A stretch of DNA of 64,000 nt from an uncultured Veillonellaceae bacterium (GTDB taxonomy: Bacteria > Bacillota > Negativicutes > JARBTT01). A model generated the notes under the pieces. The model ran no database searches. It had not been told where the DNA came from and worked only from the letters and a program-made list of their open reading frames with translations. Of the stretch, positions 1-10,416 are shown in pieces (within the stretch, counting starts at the first letter, position 1; each line of letters opens with the position of its first letter). The stretch spans positions 288,001 through 352,000 of the forward strand of contig CAWDTA010000002.1 of assembly GCA_963805085.1 (NCBI GenBank), read 5' to 3'. Both the position numbers and the translations under genes were made by a program.

Positions 1-53
1 ATAGTCCTAAAAAATTCGAACAGTACTTTACTCTTAAACTAACCCCTTTTCCT

Positions 54-80
54 ATTCGATAATAGATAGAACTTTCCTGC
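54..80 (-). promoter_or_regulatory. Putative SigH-type promoter pointing off-window (toward the rest of the atp operon)
   Basis: Minus strand reads GCAGGAAAG-N11-ATCGAAT, resembling the SigH AGGA...GAAT consensus. Confidence 0.35.
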
Positions 81-254
81 TGATTTCTCGCAGTTTTTGC
101 TAAAAAAAGCAGATACTTATAGGACTTTTTATGAATTTTATATTTTACTTAACATTCCATAGCCAACATTATATAATACGATAGCCATTAGTTATGTTTA
201 TATAATGCTTCGTAAAATATAAAACCATTTATAACAATGCCTTATTATAACACA

Positions 255-497
255 TTATTTATTTTTGCCAAGTAGTTTTTGGTAAGTTGTCCACATTGCT
301 GTAATAAAACCTAAAATAATTCCGATTATTGTCGCTAACGGACTTGTAGATAACTGTTCATCGATATAAATTCCCGCATAGAGGCACACCCCAATCATCA
401 CTGCAAAACTAATGCCTATCCCCGAAGCAAAGCTAAGAGCCTGTAACGTGGATTGTGTTTCGCCTTTATTTTTTCCTTTTTTATCCACATTATTCAT
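255..497 (-). CDS. AtpZ/AtpI-family ATP synthase accessory membrane protein
   Basis: 80 aa, two TM helices with GIYIDEQLSTSP loop; sits downstream of wecB where atp operons begin in Firmicutes. Confidence 0.75.
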   Translation of the reverse strand: MNNVDKKGKNKGETQSTLQALSFASGIGISFAVMIGVCLYAGIYIDEQLSTSPLATIIGIILGFITAMWTTYQKLLGKNK

Positions 498-574
498 CCT
501 CCCATAGAATCTTTGATTTTGAACTAAAAAAGCTGCCGCAAATTCAATTTTGCTAGCAGCCTTTACGATCTATA

Positions 575-1729
575 TTATACTTCAAATGAATCTGGCTTAT
601 TTGCAATTAAACCATGTTTCCATAAAATCGCTTCCACAATACGTCTTGAAGCTTGTCCATCACCATAAGGATTGCAAGCATTCGACATTTTATGATACGC
701 AGCTTCGTCTGTAATCAGCAACTTAGCTTCGCTATATACACGCTCTTTATCCGTACCAATTAATTTTACCGTACCCGCATCAATGGCTTCTGGACGTTCG
801 GTTGTATCGCGCAGAACCAAGACTGGTTTGCCTAGCCCAGGTGCTTCTTCCTGAATCCCCCCGGAATCCGTTAATACCAAATAAGAACGTGCTAGTAAAT
901 TTGCAAACGGTTGATAATCAAGTGGATCGATCAGATGTACTCGATCAATTCCACCTAGTTCACTTTCCACAACTTCACGCACTTTAGGATTTTTATGAAC
1001 TGGAAAGACGATTTCAACATCAGCAAATTCATTGACGATATCGCGTAATGCCTGATATACATGGCGCATTGGTTCGCCCAGATTTTCTCGACGATGTGTT
1101 GTCACGAGCACCACTTTTTTATTTTTATAATCAATACTTTTTAAGAGCTCATTTTCAAAGACAAAATTTTCATCTACTGTTTTTAAGAGGGCATCAATCA
1201 CGGTGTTACCAGTAACAAACACGCTTTCACCTTTGATATTTTCCTGCGCCAAATTATCACTTGCCGTACTCGTTGGTGCAAAGTGCAGATCAGTTAATGA
1301 TCCCGTTAATTTACGGTTCATTTCCTCCGGGAACGGTGAATATTTATTATGCGTTCTCAGACCTGCCTCTACATGACCAACCTCTGTTTGATGATAATAA
1401 GCAGCAAGCGCACCAGCAAAGGTTGTCGTCGTATCCCCATGTACCAATACGATATCCGGTTTTTCTTGCTCTAGCACTGCGTTTAACCCTTGCATCGCCT
1501 TGCAAGTGATATCAAATAAAGTTTGGCCTTGCGCCATAATATCAAGGTCATGGTCTGGTTTAATATGAAATAAGTTTAGCACTTGATCCAGCATATCCCG
1601 ATGTTGTGCCGTTACTGTTATCACAGGTGTGATCATCTCTGGATATTTTGCTAGTTCTAAAACGACTGGCGCCATTTTAATCGCTTCCGGGCGAGTGCCA
1701 AACACAGTCATCACTTTGATTCGTTTCAT
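575..1729 (-). CDS. wecB: UDP-N-acetylglucosamine 2-epimerase (non-hydrolysing)
   Basis: FGTRPEAIKMAP, HVEAGLRT, TDSGGIQEEAP, NPYGDG motifs. Confidence 0.96.
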   Translation of the reverse strand: MKRIKVMTVFGTRPEAIKMAPVVLELAKYPEMITPVITVTAQHRDMLDQVLNLFHIKPDHDLDIMAQGQTLFDITCKAMQGLNAVLEQEKPDIVLVHGDTTTTFAGALAAYYHQTEVGHVEAGLRTHNKYSPFPEEMNRKLTGSLTDLHFAPTSTASDNLAQENIKGESVFVTGNTVIDALLKTVDENFVFENELLKSIDYKNKKVVLVTTHRRENLGEPMRHVYQALRDIVNEFADVEIVFPVHKNPKVREVVESELGGIDRVHLIDPLDYQPFANLLARSYLVLTDSGGIQEEAPGLGKPVLVLRDTTERPEAIDAGTVKLIGTDKERVYSEAKLLITDEAAYHKMSNACNPYGDGQASRRIVEAILWKHGLIANKPDSFEV

Positions 1730-1846
1730 AAATAAATCTACCCCTCTCTTACACTTTGGGAACTTCTATTAGCTTCATTGTCTATTGTAAAACAGGCAGG
1801 CATTATGCCTGCCTTCAATAATAATTTTTCATTAGATTATCAATGT

Positions 1847-2875
1847 TTAATTCGTTCCAACTGACTTTTTGTGTTTTAAAATACCAAGTTTTCTTGCACC
1901 CAAAAAGACTACAAGCATAACAATGATAATAATGGCAATCGCAAAACCACTGCTTACTTCCGTTAAAGCGATCGCACTGAGTCCCAGGACACCGCTAATC
2001 ACATACATGAGTAGTACCGCTTGTTTTTGCGTAAAGCCTAAATCAAGCAAACGATGATGTAGATGTCCTCTGTCTGGTTTGAAAATTGGTTTACCGCTCA
2101 TATAACGTCTAACAATCGCAAACGTAGTATCTAAGATCGGTAATCCCAATGCAAAAATTGGTACAATCAGAGCAACCGTTGCTGCCGATTTAACCGCACC
2201 AATAACCGAAATACCAGCCAGCATAAAACCTAAAAACATACTACCAGTATCCCCCATAAATATTTTCGCGGGATTAAAATTATACTGTAAAAAGCCAAGT
2301 GCCCCACCAGCAATTGCTGCCGTTAACACAGCTATTAGTATGTAATTTTGTTGCAACGCTACTAACAGAATGGTTATCGAAGCAATCGTAGAAACACCAG
2401 CTGCAAGTCCATCAAGTCCATCGATCAAATTAACCGTATTTGTCAGACCGACAATCCAAAATAGTGTGATTGGAATAGCTAAGTATTCTAAATAAATCAT
2501 ATCACCAAACGGGTCACTCACCCAGTCAATACGGATGTCAAAAAGCACCAGTACTAACGCAGCCAAAATTTGCCCCGCCAACTTTACCTTTGCCGGCAAA
2601 TTTTTTAAATCATCAATAACTCCTACAATTAAAATAATTGTACCACCGATTAATAATCCTACAATCTCAGTAGTTAAATCAACCGTAAAAAAAACTGCTA
2701 CCATAAAGGCAACATATATAGCAAGACCACCCATTCTAGGAATAGGAGCAGTATGCACTTTGCGTTCATCAGGAGCATCCATCGCTCCGGCTTTCTTGGC
2801 CAAAGAAATAATTTTCGGCGTCAAAACATACGCTACCACGAGCGCAATCAAAAACGACAAAATATAATCTGGCAT
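1847..2875 (-). CDS. tagO: Undecaprenyl-phosphate GlcNAc-1-phosphate transferase (MraY/WecA/TagO family)
   Basis: NLIDGLDGLA, NFNPAKIFMGDTGS, HLHHRL motifs; ATG at 2875 follows AAGGGG RBS. Confidence 0.88.
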   Translation of the reverse strand: MPDYILSFLIALVVAYVLTPKIISLAKKAGAMDAPDERKVHTAPIPRMGGLAIYVAFMVAVFFTVDLTTEIVGLLIGGTIILIVGVIDDLKNLPAKVKLAGQILAALVLVLFDIRIDWVSDPFGDMIYLEYLAIPITLFWIVGLTNTVNLIDGLDGLAAGVSTIASITILLVALQQNYILIAVLTAAIAGGALGFLQYNFNPAKIFMGDTGSMFLGFMLAGISVIGAVKSAATVALIVPIFALGLPILDTTFAIVRRYMSGKPIFKPDRGHLHHRLLDLGFTQKQAVLLMYVISGVLGLSAIALTEVSSGFAIAIIIIVMLVVFLGARKLGILKHKKSVGTN

Positions 2876-2970
2876 AAAATTAAGCACCCCTTTTCTATGC
2901 AACAAGACAATTGTACCTCACCAAAACTAGACTGTCAATGAAATAACGCGCTACCAAACCTTGTCATTTA

Positions 2971-3630
2971 CTACTTGCAATACCCTTTACGCTTTAATTT
3001 ACACACATGCAGCTTCACCAACGCATCGATATCCACCTCATACCGTTGCGTTAATAAATACATCATCGTAAAGCAACATTGCGCTACATCCAAGAGTTCC
3101 TCGGCACTGCCAATCACGACTTCTTTTTCCTTTAATGTATCATTTTCTCCCGATGCACCAGCTTTCTTCCCTAAATATTGCGTCAATTCACCAAGTTCTT
3201 CTTGGATTTTACACACCGTCGTAAGCAGAGTTACTTCTGGTAAATCTAGCTTCGGCAATGCCAAATATTTATAATTACCTTCTGTATAAATACGATATTG
3301 ATTATTTTTATTAAAATGATACCCTTTATTTTCAAGTTTATTCAAATGACGTTGAATTAACTCAGCGATCTCAATACTATAACTTTCTTCCATTACAAAA
3401 ATCATCGTAACACAAGTTTGCGCTACATCCAAGAGTTCTCCATTCACCTCAGCCAAGGCCCCTTGCGCCACAGATAATTCAGCAATTTCAGAGCCTTTGA
3501 GTCGCTCATAAGGCAAAAAGGTCAACGTTGCCCTAGCAAGTTCCCCTGCTTCTTCAATAATCTTCAGCAACGTTGAATTAAGTGTTGGCGCCAACTGGTT
3601 CAACTTTGGTAAAGCAACTACTTCAAACAT
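2971..3630 (-). CDS. MazG-like nucleotide pyrophosphohydrolase with two tandem domains
   Basis: Motif KIxEExGEL...ELLDVAQ occurs twice in 219 aa. Confidence 0.7.
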   Translation of the reverse strand: MFEVVALPKLNQLAPTLNSTLLKIIEEAGELARATLTFLPYERLKGSEIAELSVAQGALAEVNGELLDVAQTCVTMIFVMEESYSIEIAELIQRHLNKLENKGYHFNKNNQYRIYTEGNYKYLALPKLDLPEVTLLTTVCKIQEELGELTQYLGKKAGASGENDTLKEKEVVIGSAEELLDVAQCCFTMMYLLTQRYEVDIDALVKLHVCKLKRKGYCK

Positions 3631-3718
3631 GTTAACTCCTTATCAATCAATTAAAAATCATTACTAATTTTATTATTATACAAGATTTTTTACCGTTTGT
3701 ATGCTGTTTCTAAATGAT

Positions 3719-4510
3719 TTATGACTTAATTTCTCTCCTTGCATGTTTACCAACACGTCTCCAGCGTTTAAAAAAACTTGCTATTATCACAAAAATATTA
3801 ACACCAATCAAAACCATCGTCAGCATGATTGTCATTACAATTAGCTCTCTTTGATAACGTACTTGCTCCACCCTAGCGTCGGTTTGCTCATCGAGTAAGG
3901 TTATTATTTGATTTAACATCGTCACAAATGTTTGCTTTAATTGTTCATAAGAATCATCATTGATAATACGCGCTGAAAAATCCTTGCTCGTTTCGCCAAT
4001 GAGTAACTTCTTCTGATTGTCGACCGAAATTACGCCGTTACTTGCATCAATTGCAATTTGTTCAGTGATAGTCAATTCATCCGCTAACTTTTCTGCTTTT
4101 TGTAATAACCTCAGTTCCTCTAATGAAAAATGATTCGCTTCGATTAACGCATGTAAGGACACCTGCTGTCCCGCGCTATGTAAGCTAGCTTGTTCAACAA
4201 TACCATACTGCCAATAAACACCCTCATATTCCTTCGGTCTGGGCTTTTCACCAGCTCTAATCGCAATAATATCATGATAGTATTGTTCATATCTTGGATC
4301 GTTTTTCTCAATATAATGACGGGTGTGTAACATCAAAACAAACGTTGATTGTCTAAGTTCATTTACCAATAAATACGACGGATACCGCTTCTGATAAACA
4401 TTTTCCAACCTCTGATTGATTTGATCAAGCGATTTCACTTGAAAATTCAAGAGAAATGACAAGAAAATGACGCACCCACACATGATCAGTTTATTCTTTT
4501 TCTGTTTCAC
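3719..4510 (-). CDS. Membrane protein: TM - extracytoplasmic sensor-like domain - TM, no output domain
   Basis: Two hydrophobic segments flank a helical domain (YYHDIIAIRAGEKPRP); GTG at 4510 after GGGGG RBS is the likely start. Confidence 0.55.
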   Translation of the reverse strand: MKQKKNKLIMCGCVIFLSFLLNFQVKSLDQINQRLENVYQKRYPSYLLVNELRQSTFVLMLHTRHYIEKNDPRYEQYYHDIIAIRAGEKPRPKEYEGVYWQYGIVEQASLHSAGQQVSLHALIEANHFSLEELRLLQKAEKLADELTITEQIAIDASNGVISVDNQKKLLIGETSKDFSARIINDDSYEQLKQTFVTMLNQIITLLDEQTDARVEQVRYQRELIVMTIMLTMVLIGVNIFVIIASFFKRWRRVGKHARREIKS

Positions 4511-4780
4511 ATAGTATCCCCCGCGAATTAATTCACATTTTATGAACCTGATTTCCAGCAAATAACCAAACCAGACTATTATCGAAATATTTTCCTTTAT
4601 TATAACATAATTCATAGTATTATTTAGGATAAATACATATAATAGAGGCGACCTGCCGAAGAATCAAGGCTACAATATATTTTTTTATTTACATGATAAA
4701 AAAATATCTACTTGCTATTTTTTGTAATTAATATTATCGTTAATATGTATTGAAATTTAAATTCAGGAGGATATTTTCTT

Positions 4781-5653
4781 ATGCTCAATAAATATATTAT
4801 TGGCTTTATCGGTATTGGTGTTATGGGGAAAAGCATGACACGTAATCTGATCAAGGCAGGTTATAAAGTCAACGTATACAATCGTACCAAGGAAAAAGCT
4901 GCTGAGCTAGTCGCAGAGGGGGCAACTTGGCAAAACTCACCAAAGGAAATCGCAGAGTCGTGCAATGTGATCATTACAATGTTAGGTTATCCGAAAGACG
5001 TCGAAGAAATTTATTTTGGTGACCAAGGGCTCATTGAAAATTCAAAACTCGGCACTTACCTGATTGATATGACAACCTCTAGTCCACTTCTAGCAAAACA
5101 AATTGCCCAAGTTGCCCAAAGCAACGGTCTTTATACGCTTGATGCCCCCGTTTCTGGTGGTGACATCGGTGCAAGAGAAGCGAAGCTATCCATTATGGTT
5201 GGTGGCGATGAAAAAGCTTATAACGCAATGAAACCAATCTTTGAAGCATTAGGAACAAACATTCAGCACCTTGGCTTAGCTGGCGCTGGTCAAGATACGA
5301 AAATGTGCAATCAAATCGCTATCGCTTCTAATATGATGGGTGTATGCGAAGCAATGGTTTATGCAAAAAAAATGGGACTAGACCCAACGAAAGTCTTGGG
5401 TAGTATCTCAACTGGTGCAGCAGGCTCTTGGTCTTTATCAAACCTCGCACCCCGCATGATCAAAGGTGATTACGAGCCTGGTTTTTATGTAAAGCATTTC
5501 ATCAAAGATATGGGGATCGCGATCGAATCCGCCAAGGAAGCGCACTTAGAATTACCGGGCTTGACCTTAGCAAAAAAACTTTACGAAGAATTATCTGCTA
5601 GCGGTGGCAGCCATTACGGTACACAAGCTTTAATCAAAATTCTCGAAAAATAA
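4781..5653 (+). CDS. NAD(P)-dependent beta-hydroxyacid dehydrogenase (3-hydroxyisobutyrate dehydrogenase family)
   Basis: GFIGIGVMG Rossmann motif, LDAPVSGGDIGA, KMCNQ. Confidence 0.9.
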   Translation: MLNKYIIGFIGIGVMGKSMTRNLIKAGYKVNVYNRTKEKAAELVAEGATWQNSPKEIAESCNVIITMLGYPKDVEEIYFGDQGLIENSKLGTYLIDMTTSSPLLAKQIAQVAQSNGLYTLDAPVSGGDIGAREAKLSIMVGGDEKAYNAMKPIFEALGTNIQHLGLAGAGQDTKMCNQIAIASNMMGVCEAMVYAKKMGLDPTKVLGSISTGAAGSWSLSNLAPRMIKGDYEPGFYVKHFIKDMGIAIESAKEAHLELPGLTLAKKLYEELSASGGSHYGTQALIKILEK

Positions 5654-5658
5654 ATAAC

Positions 5659-5708
5659 AAAAGACTCGATGAAAATGTTCCAATAGCGGTCATTTTACCG
5701 AGTCTTTT
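5659..5708. terminator. Bidirectional intrinsic terminator between convergent genes
   Basis: AAAAGACTCG..AAAATG / CATTTT..CGAGTCTTTT inverted repeat. Confidence 0.65.
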
Positions 5709-5726
5709 CTATTAATATATCTTAGA

Positions 5727-6179
5727 CTATTCAATGTCCTTGGGATCACATTCTACGACTGAACCATCCGTTTCTAGATAGACCACTTTGGCAATCATCG
5801 CATTTCTGATCATCCGCCGGCAAAGTAGGCATGGTTTCCCCGAGGCCAGCGATCCATCGGCATTATAACCGACAATATAAATTGTAGCATCTTTCATTCT
5901 ATGAGGTTCAGCATTGATGATTGCATTTTGTTCCGCATGCACTGCTTCACAAAGTTCATAACGCTCACCCTTTGGGATATTGAGTTCTTCACGTTTACAA
6001 TAGGATAGATCTGCACAACTGATTGCCCCGCGCGGTGCACCATTATACCCAGTACTAATAATGCTATGATCTTTTACAATGATCGCCCCATAAACACGGC
6101 GCAAACAAGTCGCTCGCCTTCCTACCGCTTTTGCGATATCTAAAAAATACTCTGTCCAAGTCGGACGTACATGATTCAC
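5727..6179 (-). CDS. dCMP deaminase (ComEB family)
   Basis: STGYNGAP, HAEQNAI, PCxxC zinc motifs. Confidence 0.9.
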   Translation of the reverse strand: MNHVRPTWTEYFLDIAKAVGRRATCLRRVYGAIIVKDHSIISTGYNGAPRGAISCADLSYCKREELNIPKGERYELCEAVHAEQNAIINAEPHRMKDATIYIVGYNADGSLASGKPCLLCRRMIRNAMIAKVVYLETDGSVVECDPKDIE

Positions 6180-6195
6180 CGTCTCACCCCCTGTT

Positions 6196-6229
6196 AAAAA
6201 TAGAGATACCGCAGGGTATCTCTATTTTT
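6196..6229 (-). terminator. Intrinsic terminator after upp
   Basis: Perfect hairpin AAAAATAGAGATACC-GCAG-GGTATCTCTATTTTT. Confidence 0.75.
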
Positions 6230-6244
6230 CTATGTAACGAAAAC

Positions 6245-6880
6245 TTATTTTGTACCAAAGATTCTATCGCCAGCATCACCAAGACCAGGAACGATATAAC
6301 CGTGGTCATTGAGACATTCATCTAAACTTGCTGTATAGATTTCAACATCAGGATGTTCGTCGTTTACCACTTTAACACCTTCTGGTGCTGCAACTAAGCA
6401 CATCAAAATAATTGATTTTGCGCCTTTTTCTTTTAGCATCGTAAGTGCTGCCGCTGAAGAACCGCCAGTTGCAAGCATTGGATCAACAACAACAAGTGTA
6501 CGTTCACCAACATCACTAGGTAATTTACAATAATATTCTACTGGTTTTAACGTTTCTGGATCACGATATAACCCAATATGACCAACTTTTGCTGTTGGAA
6601 TTAGCGTCACTACCCCACCAAGCATACCAAGACCAGCACGAAGGATTGGTACGATTGCAAGTTTTTTACCAGTTAATACTTTACTCTTACAAGTTGTTAC
6701 TGGAGTTTTGATTTCAACTTCTTTTAGTGGCATATTTCTCGTAATTTCGTAGGCCATGAGCATTGATATTTCTTCTAATAATTCACGAAAATCTTTTGTA
6801 CCCGTGTTTTCTTTCCGCATAATCGTCAATTTATGTTGGATCAATGGATGATCAATTACGTTTACTTTTAAACCTGTCAT
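6245..6880 (-). CDS. upp: Uracil phosphoribosyltransferase
   Basis: [36 protein letters not shown]. Confidence 0.97.
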   Translation of the reverse strand: MTGLKVNVIDHPLIQHKLTIMRKENTGTKDFRELLEEISMLMAYEITRNMPLKEVEIKTPVTTCKSKVLTGKKLAIVPILRAGLGMLGGVVTLIPTAKVGHIGLYRDPETLKPVEYYCKLPSDVGERTLVVVDPMLATGGSSAAALTMLKEKGAKSIILMCLVAAPEGVKVVNDEHPDVEIYTASLDECLNDHGYIVPGLGDAGDRIFGTK

Positions 6881-6895
6881 GTATTAAATTTCCTC

Positions 6896-8140
6896 CTAGT
6901 ATAATGGATATTTAGCGCAAAGCTCAGCAACCATTTTTTCTGCTTGTTTTTTCACAGCAGCATCTTCTGGCTTATCTAGAACTATTGCAATAATTTCAGC
7001 TACTTTTTTCATATCGTCTTCTTTAAATCCACGAGTCGTTAATGCAGGCGAACCAAGACGTAAACCACTTGTTACAAATGGACTAAGCGGCTCAAATGGA
7101 ATGGTATTTTTATTCACAGTAATACCGATATCATCCAATACTTTTTCCGCTACTTTACCAGTTAAATCTTTAGAACGAAGATCAACCAGCATCAAATGAT
7201 TATCTGTACCACCAGAGACAATCGTAAACCCTTTTTCAATTAATGTTTTTGCCAATGCCTGTGCATTTTTAATGATTTGTTCCTGATATTGTTTAAATTC
7301 ATCAGATAACGCTTCTTTTAAAGCAACTGCTTTTGCCGCAATAACATGCATCAATGGACCACCTTGGATACCTGGGAATACAGCTTTATTAAATTGCTTG
7401 CCGAATTCTGCATCCTTAGTCAAGATCAGACCGCCACGAGGACCGCGTAATGTTTTATGCGTAGTCGTTGTAACAACATCAGCAAAAGGAACAGGATTTT
7501 GATGAAAACCAGCTGCAACCAAGCCAGCAATATGTGCCATATCAACCATTAAGTAGGCGCCAACTTTTTTCGCAATTTGGCCCATTTTTTCAAAATCAAT
7601 GCTTCTTGCATAGGCACTCGCACCAACGACGATCATTTTAGGTTTACATTCCACCGCTATTTTTTCTACTTCTTCATAATCAATACGGTTTGTATCCTCT
7701 GTCACACCATAAGGAACAATATTGAAATATTTACCAGACATATTAACAGGGCTACCATGTGTTAAATGTCCGCCATCTGTCAAATTCATCCCCATAACCG
7801 TATCACCTGGTGTTAACAAAGCAAAAAATACTGCCATGTTTGCTTGTGCGCCGGAATGTGGTTGTACGTTAACATACTCTGCCCCAAAAAGTTCTTTGGC
7901 ACGGTCAATCGCTAATTGTTCTACTACATCGACACATTCGCAACCACCATAATAACGTTTGCCTGGATATCCTTCCGCATATTTGTTTGTTAGCACCGAC
8001 CCTTGTGCTTCCATTACCGCTGCACTAACAATATTTTCAGAAGCAATCAATTCTAATTTGTTACGTTGACGACTAAGCTCCGCATCAATTGCCTTTTTAA
8101 CCTCTGGGTCAACAGTTGCCAAATTGTCTAGTAAACTCAT
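6896..8140 (-). CDS. glyA: Serine hydroxymethyltransferase
   Basis: [33 protein letters not shown] (PLP lysine). Confidence 0.98.
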   Translation of the reverse strand: MSLLDNLATVDPEVKKAIDAELSRQRNKLELIASENIVSAAVMEAQGSVLTNKYAEGYPGKRYYGGCECVDVVEQLAIDRAKELFGAEYVNVQPHSGAQANMAVFFALLTPGDTVMGMNLTDGGHLTHGSPVNMSGKYFNIVPYGVTEDTNRIDYEEVEKIAVECKPKMIVVGASAYARSIDFEKMGQIAKKVGAYLMVDMAHIAGLVAAGFHQNPVPFADVVTTTTHKTLRGPRGGLILTKDAEFGKQFNKAVFPGIQGGPLMHVIAAKAVALKEALSDEFKQYQEQIIKNAQALAKTLIEKGFTIVSGGTDNHLMLVDLRSKDLTGKVAEKVLDDIGITVNKNTIPFEPLSPFVTSGLRLGSPALTTRGFKEDDMKKVAEIIAIVLDKPEDAAVKKQAEKMVAELCAKYPLY

Positions 8141-8180
8141 GTTAAAATCCCTCACTTTTCTTTCTTAAACTATGTATCTA

Positions 8181-8726
8181 TCAAGCTTGATATACAGCTC
8201 GACTCCCACCAATGAATTTTGGCCGAGTTCTTGCTGCAATCAGTATTGCTTGTCCGATCGTTTTCGTTTGAAGGCGAACCGGCACAGCCACGCGTTTTAA
8301 ATGCATCCCAATCAGCGTCGCTCCAATATCCAGTCCAGCATGAGCAATAATTGTTTCTACCACCACAGGATCACTATAGCTTTTCATCGCCTGCGCGGCA
8401 AGCGCACCACCAGCCGTTGGCGCTGGCATTACTTCAACCTGCTCCAAATGATACTCATGCATTACCGCACGTTCAACTACGAGTGCACGATTCAAATGCT
8501 CACAACATTGAATCGCCAAGAAAACACCAGCTTGACTCGCGATTTCCTGCAAAGAATGCATAAGTGTCTCTGCTGCTTCTTTCGAACCAGCCGTGCCAAT
8601 TTTTGAACCAACGACTTCACTTGTTGAACAACCAACAACGATAATTTGTCCAGCCTTAATACCAGAAACGTCGATAAGTTCAGTGATAGCTGCCTGCGAC
8701 TGCTTTCTGATTGCTTCTAAATCCAT
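8181..8726 (-). CDS. ywlG: TIGR01440/YwlG family protein
   Basis: GCSTSEV, QCCEHLNRALV, RPKFIGG motifs; between rpiB and glyA as in Bacillus. Confidence 0.88.
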   Translation of the reverse strand: MDLEAIRKQSQAAITELIDVSGIKAGQIIVVGCSTSEVVGSKIGTAGSKEAAETLMHSLQEIASQAGVFLAIQCCEHLNRALVVERAVMHEYHLEQVEVMPAPTAGGALAAQAMKSYSDPVVVETIIAHAGLDIGATLIGMHLKRVAVPVRLQTKTIGQAILIAARTRPKFIGGSRAVYQA

Positions 8727-8744
8727 AACGCAAGACTCCTAGCT

Positions 8745-9182
8745 TTATTTTTCTAGTGCCATAATTTTATTTACACGACGCGCATGACGATCACCAGTAA
8801 ATTCTGAAGTCAACCAAGCTTTTACGATTTCGCAGGCTGGCCCGACGCCAATGACACGTTCACCCATCGCTAAAATATTTGCATCATTATGCTCCCTGGA
8901 CATTTTGGCCGAGAAAACATCATGACAAAGTGCTGCACGCACCCCTTTGATTTTATTCGCAGCAATAGAAATGCCAATTCCAGTACCGCAAAGTACGATA
9001 CCTTTATCAGCTCTACCATTTACTACGCTATCAGCAACTTTTTCAGCGATATCTGGATAATCAACTGCTTCATTACCAAATGTACCAACATCGTCAATTT
9101 CAATCTTCATTTCAGCTAAAACTTTTTTGATTTCTTCTTTTAGATTTACTGCACCGTGGTCACTACCAATTGTTACTTTCAT
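8745..9182 (-). CDS. rpiB: Ribose 5-phosphate isomerase B
   Basis: GSDHG, CGTGIG, HNDAN, RHARRV motifs. Confidence 0.95.
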   Translation of the reverse strand: MKVTIGSDHGAVNLKEEIKKVLAEMKIEIDDVGTFGNEAVDYPDIAEKVADSVVNGRADKGIVLCGTGIGISIAANKIKGVRAALCHDVFSAKMSREHNDANILAMGERVIGVGPACEIVKAWLTSEFTGDRHARRVNKIMALEK

Positions 9183-9225
9183 GTCTGCTACCCCCATCAA
9201 AAACATCTTATGATATCCTTTTATT

Positions 9226-9696
9226 TTAAAGTTTTTTTGCCGATAAAGCTACCACTTTAGGCCATATTTTCTCTAGATATTTCTGAATACTTTTTGCACA
9301 ATCTTGATAAACGGCTTCATTCCCACCAAAAGGATCCATCACATCTACTGTTTCGCCTGCATACTCGGGCAAAGTAAAGACTTTCCCCTCCGCCTGCCCA
9401 GTTCCATTTAAGATCGCTATTTTGTGTCCCTTGGTCATCGTTAGCACCAAGTCTGCTGACGCAATACAATCACCAGTTACTTGCCTTGCTAAATGATTAT
9501 CTAATCGCAATCCACTGGTCTGCATCGCCAGACAAGAATTTTTCGAAGCGCGGCTTCCCGGCATCGCAGACATACCAGCCGAAGATACCGTTATAGTATC
9601 TTCTAATTTATTTTTTACTATTCGTGCGCGAAATAAAACCTCGGCCATTGGACTACGGCAGGTATTCCCTGTACAAACAAATAAAACTTTAAACAC
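9226..9696 (-). CDS. ywlE: Low-molecular-weight protein arginine/tyrosine phosphatase
   Basis: VCTGNTCRSPMAE P-loop and DPFGG; conserved synteny. Confidence 0.85.
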   Translation of the reverse strand: MFKVLFVCTGNTCRSPMAEVLFRARIVKNKLEDTITVSSAGMSAMPGSRASKNSCLAMQTSGLRLDNHLARQVTGDCIASADLVLTMTKGHKIAILNGTGQAEGKVFTLPEYAGETVDVMDPFGGNEAVYQDCAKSIQKYLEKIWPKVVALSAKKL

Positions 9697-9763
9697 CGAA
9701 CTTCACCCTCTAATAGCAAAATCTACTACTATTTTAACACAAATTTTGTATGAATAAAAACCA

Positions 9764-10372
9764 TTACGAGATTAAATGCCAGAACATATTTCCCCCTAGC
9801 AAAATCAGAACGATTCCGCCTACTTGCTCCGAACGCTCACCCAATAATTTGCTAGCCTGCTTACCGAGGCTTAAACCAATGGTCGAAATAGCAAAAATAA
9901 CACTACCAAGAATGACATTGAGCTTGATCAGATCAACTTCCATCATCCCAAAGCTAAAACCTGCTGCCAGTGCGTCAATACTAACGCTAAACGACAGCAC
10001 AATTAACGTCCAGCCTTTTAACGGATTCTTCTTTTCGTGCTTTAATTTGTCTTCCTTACTAAAACCTTCCTTTAACATCAAGATCCCCAAACCGACGAGT
10101 ACACCTGCGCCAACAATACTCGCACAATTTTCCATAATTAACACAGGAGAACCGCTGTACACGCCTAGTCTATCGACAAATCCACCTAAAAATCGGCCAA
10201 TATTATATCCTGCAAGCAGCATCACAATGTGAAACATCGCAAAAACAAAGCTTGCCTTAACAATAACACTATGCTTGATACGATTCATGCCAATTAAAAT
10301 TGCTACTGAAAATAAATCCATTCCCAATGCTACGCTTAAAATGAAAATCTCTGCACTTCCCAAAAACGTCAC
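9764..10372 (-). CDS. mntP: Manganese efflux pump MntP family
   Basis: ALGMDLFSVA and SIDALAAG repeats; multiple TM helices. Confidence 0.82.
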   Translation of the reverse strand: MTFLGSAEIFILSVALGMDLFSVAILIGMNRIKHSVIVKASFVFAMFHIVMLLAGYNIGRFLGGFVDRLGVYSGSPVLIMENCASIVGAGVLVGLGILMLKEGFSKEDKLKHEKKNPLKGWTLIVLSFSVSIDALAAGFSFGMMEVDLIKLNVILGSVIFAISTIGLSLGKQASKLLGERSEQVGGIVLILLGGNMFWHLIS

Positions 10373-10416
10373 CTCGCTCTTTCATTTATCTGAGCTTCAA
10401 GCATAACTTATACACT

